The notes beneath the pieces were generated by a model. It saw only the letters and a program-made list of their open reading frames with translations. It did no database searches and was not told where the DNA came from. A stretch of DNA of 56,908 nucleotides from a virus (Duplodnaviria > Caudoviricetes), in the IMG/VR virus record IMGVR_UViG_3300027881_000016, positions 1 to 56,908 of that record, one strand, 5' to 3'. The position numbers and the translations under genes were made by a program. Positions 54,208 to 56,908 of this stretch are shown piece after piece. Numbering within the stretch: position 1 is the stretch's first letter; every line of letters starts with the position of its first letter.

Positions 54208-54283
54208 TGGCGAATAGCTCAGCTGGTTAGAGCACCGGTCTGATACGCCGGCGATTGAGGTTCGAGTCCTTGTTCGCCAACCA
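54208..54283 (+). tRNA. tRNA-Ile(GAT)
   Basis: Acceptor TGGCGAA/TTCGCCA, D arm GCTC/GAGC, anticodon loop CTGATAC, T loop TTCGAGT, ACCA end. Confidence 0.9.
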
Positions 54284-54289
54284 AATGAA

Positions 54290-54490
54290 ACGATCCGCTT
54301 AGTACAAGGCGGAGACATAGGTGCAGCGGTGACGAAAAAGTAGCCGTAATGCGTAATCCAACCCCGGCCGGGCGCCGAAAGTGCCGGGGAGCTAATCCGT
54401 ACCCAGAATGGGTACAAACATACCCAAATAGTAGGTGGAATCAACCTACATTTAGGTATGACCCAATGAACCCTAGTGTGGGCTCTCTAC
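54290..54490 (+). ncRNA. candidate structured RNA downstream of the tRNAs
   Basis: Five consecutive hairpins; no credible ORF. Confidence 0.4.
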
Positions 54491-54512
54491 TAAGCAAATG
54501 AGGAATAAGACA

Positions 54513-55004
54513 ATGGCAAAGATGCTAATGGGTCAAATCGACCACGCACGTAACCGACTGACTGCTATCTCGAAAGAGAAAATCGGACCGTCACCAACAA
54601 GACCGAAGCAGCTCGACGTCGACGATCTCAAGAAAGCTCTTCGCGCTGGAGACATCACTGTATCCCCCGCAAAGATGAAAGCAGCGTTCAATTCTTGGGT
54701 CGTAGGCGAAGAAATCACCACGGTGAACTGCTCTACGAATTACCACTACGGTGGCCGGTCAAACACCTACACGTACACCATCGTGCAGGAGAAACCCGGT
54801 AGCCTCGAGGAGTACATCGCGGCGTTGTTCTACGACAAGCCGAATGCTGCCGAGATCAAGCGCTACACGAAGGACACGGAAACCTTTGAAGCTCGCACTG
54901 CGATCGTCACTGTTGAAGCGACGAAAGTCGAGGACGCGATCGTACTCGGAGACCAGCAAGCTGCGCTCATCGCGCTGCAAGCATTCGCTGCGTTTGAGGT
55001 GTAG
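54513..55004 (+). CDS. hypothetical protein
   Basis: GAGGA RBS; strong codon bias. Confidence 0.75.
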   Translation: MAKMLMGQIDHARNRLTAISKEKIGPSPTRPKQLDVDDLKKALRAGDITVSPAKMKAAFNSWVVGEEITTVNCSTNYHYGGRSNTYTYTIVQEKPGSLEEYIAALFYDKPNAAEIKRYTKDTETFEARTAIVTVEATKVEDAIVLGDQQAALIALQAFAAFEV

Positions 55005-55053
55005 TCATGGGTACTCGAAGCCTGATACATTTCCACGAGGAAGGGAAAAACGC

Positions 55054-55281
55054 ATGAGATTCATAGTCGAAGGGCGACGCTTCAAAAAGCATCTGCACGC
55101 GATCACGTTCGCAAGACATCTGGCTAAGACCCAGGATCGCGCTGTAGATGTGAAGGCCGACATCTCTACTACGGTGGAGAAGGTCGAACGCAAGTGGCTG
55201 GCAACGATGCACCCCCCGGGTGTGAAGCGCACGTTGTCGACCCCTCTTGTTATACCGCAGAAAGAAAAATCCGCGGTATAA
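55054..55281 (+). CDS. hypothetical basic protein
   Basis: MRFIVEGRRFKK start after a purine-rich RBS. Confidence 0.6.
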   Translation: MRFIVEGRRFKKHLHAITFARHLAKTQDRAVDVKADISTTVEKVERKWLATMHPPGVKRTLSTPLVIPQKEKSAV

Positions 55282-55494
55282 ATCACGCAGGATTCCACCA
55301 ACCTGTTCCCACAAACAAAGGGCTCTGGCCCTAAAAGTTGCGGTATAAATCATGAGTATCGACTATTGCGGCGAGTGCGAATGCATCGTCGAAGGCAACA
55401 CAGTGCAATGCCCGTGCTGCGGTAAGGACCACCTGTGCCCTTATTGTGGTGAGCCCGCCAGCGGGCTTGCCGAAGATGATCCAATGGAGGACCG

Positions 55495-55737
55495 ATGAAG
55501 TACAACATCTTCTACTACATGACATACCACACGAAGATCGAGGGCATTGAGGCTGATTCTATGGAAGAAGCCGTAGCTAAAGGGCTAGACGACGCCTTCC
55601 AAAATGGTCACGAAAACCGAAACATTGACTTTGCAGAGGAATGCACCGGCGCCCTCGTCGACGTTCAGGGAGACCCCGAATATACACAGTCAAGGCTCTT
55701 CGACCAAAAGGAGGTTTATGATGCAGAAGGTGATTAA
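55495..55737 (+). CDS. hypothetical protein
   Basis: GGAGG RBS; IEADSMEEA motif. Confidence 0.7.
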   Translation: MKYNIFYYMTYHTKIEGIEADSMEEAVAKGLDDAFQNGHENRNIDFAEECTGALVDVQGDPEYTQSRLFDQKEVYDAEGD

Positions 55738-55942
55738 GTTCGGCGACATGACCATAACAGACTTACCCAGCGGCCGTGTTCATTTCGACTACGGACTCCG
55801 CATGGGCAGTGAGACATTCCCTAACCGTAGGGAAGCCTGTGAAGTCCTCGATAAGTGGGCCGACACGCGCCTGAACATAGTCTCGAAAGAGCTGGAAGCA
55901 ATATGCAAGCTCAAGCGATTCACAAGACGGGGGACGATGTAG
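55718..55942 (+). CDS. hypothetical protein
   Basis: AAGGAGG RBS. Confidence 0.65.
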   Translation: MMQKVIKFGDMTITDLPSGRVHFDYGLRMGSETFPNRREACEVLDKWADTRLNIVSKELEAICKLKRFTRRGTM

Positions 55943-56211
55943 TGGGTGTGCTCAGAGCTGACAGCCCGGGCGACCCGTCGTGCAGCGATTACACGCTCGA
56001 CTGTAATGCAACCAGCGTGTGGATCACCATAGGTAACTTGAGCGTCTACGTCATGCGCACCGATGAAGGTGTAGCCGTGGACCTCATACCGAAAGGGAAA
56101 GAATGGTGCCCGGCAATCGCCTCGACGTGGGCGCTCGACAGTGAAGGAATTGTCGAAGACGATGAGGAGCCGGCGCACCCGTGGTGTACGCGGCCTTCAA
56201 TCCCATCATGA
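55942..56211 (+). CDS. hypothetical protein
   Basis: WITIGNLSVYV-RTDEGV-VDL motif; GTG start inferred. Confidence 0.6.
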   Translation: MGVLRADSPGDPSCSDYTLDCNATSVWITIGNLSVYVMRTDEGVAVDLIPKGKEWCPAIASTWALDSEGIVEDDEEPAHPWCTRPSIPS

Positions 56212-56393
56212 GGTGGAGCATCGGGTACACAGACTTATTCAAATGGCACTCTTGGTATGCATGGCACCCGGTTACTATTGCAGCAACTGATGAGTGGGTT
56301 TGGCTTGAACGCATTCAGCGACGCATGTTCGCCACTTATGGCGGCGGAGGATGGAAATACCGTGAAGACGATAGTTCATATCGAACTGAGTGA
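56208..56393 (+). CDS. small Trp-rich phage protein
   Basis: WH-WYAWHPV...WVWLE-I-RR motif. Confidence 0.7.
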   Translation: MRWSIGYTDLFKWHSWYAWHPVTIAATDEWVWLERIQRRMFATYGGGGWKYREDDSSYRTE

Positions 56394-56790
56394 CGAAGAA
56401 CGAAATGACTTAGCACGACGTCTCGAGCGCCGGGATACCAAGCGCTTAGTGACTCGGCGCGACGTGCAGTGGATGGTAAGCGAGTACATCAATCAGGAGA
56501 TAGAAGATGGGCGCAAAGAAAATTTCGGAGAAGAGACTGGATTCCCCGGGGATACCGAAGCGAATACACCGGTGGAAGAACACAGCCTTGGAGCTGACCC
56601 AAGAGGAGAGGCGCTTACTGAACACGCTGACGAAGCACGAGCAAGTGTTGAAAGCAGTCCGATGCCAAGCTGGTCCGAGCTCAACGATGCCTGTAAGAAA
56701 GTACTAGCGCACATCGACGAGAACAAACCAACAGACACAGTAAACGTAGGCTGGTGCATATCCGTACTGGCTGCAACAGGAGCAATTTAA
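56362..56790 (+). CDS. hypothetical protein
   Basis: GGAGG upstream; GTG start. Confidence 0.65.
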   Translation: MKTIVHIELSDEERNDLARRLERRDTKRLVTRRDVQWMVSEYINQEIEDGRKENFGEETGFPGDTEANTPVEEHSLGADPRGEALTEHADEARASVESSPMPSWSELNDACKKVLAHIDENKPTDTVNVGWCISVLAATGAI

Positions 56791-56908
56791 AGCCACGATC
56801 AAACAAGACTAGATAAACCCGGCGCTGCCGCTGGTCTCGGCTCATTGGAAATGGCGTCCACGGATGACGGTAACCGTGTTGAGGTATAAAAAGTGACACG
56901 CTACAGAA

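Noticed and set aside
1-56908. Prophage/temperate status or stop-codon recoding
   Set aside because: No integrase, repressor, att site or host genes are visible; long genes read through in the standard code using all three stops, and no suppressor tRNA is present

Overview
This window is most of the genome of a tailed dsDNA phage (podovirus-like) infecting a Gram-negative host, inferred from spanins, a YadA-type anchor and a Tat signal. It has two divergent arms. The left arm (minus strand, ~1-34.9 kb) carries terminase subunits, a P22-like portal, scaffold, DUF4043/N4-gp56-type major capsid, head-tail adaptors, tail nozzle, tail fibre, four internal/ejection proteins, a lysis cassette and an HslV-like protease. 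The right arm (plus strand, ~35.4-56.9 kb) carries small early genes, a divergent family A DNA polymerase, exonucleases, an iteron-like origin candidate, a primase-helicase, two tRNAs and many small ORFs. No integrase or repressor is visible. The most striking unexplained structure is an array of ten covarying hairpins (loop GC-TYAC-GC) in early-region intergenic spaces (35.3-41.2 kb). Each is followed by a conserved box and an RBS, so the early genes look like cassettes. Other notable items: a tail nozzle gene that appears split around a ~700-aa graft, a triple hairpin/pseudoknot leader ahead of the capsid gene, an Acb2/Tad1-like sponge candidate, an ATT-start gene, and a structured non-coding region behind the tRNAs. 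All family calls come from motifs recognised by eye; no searches were run.
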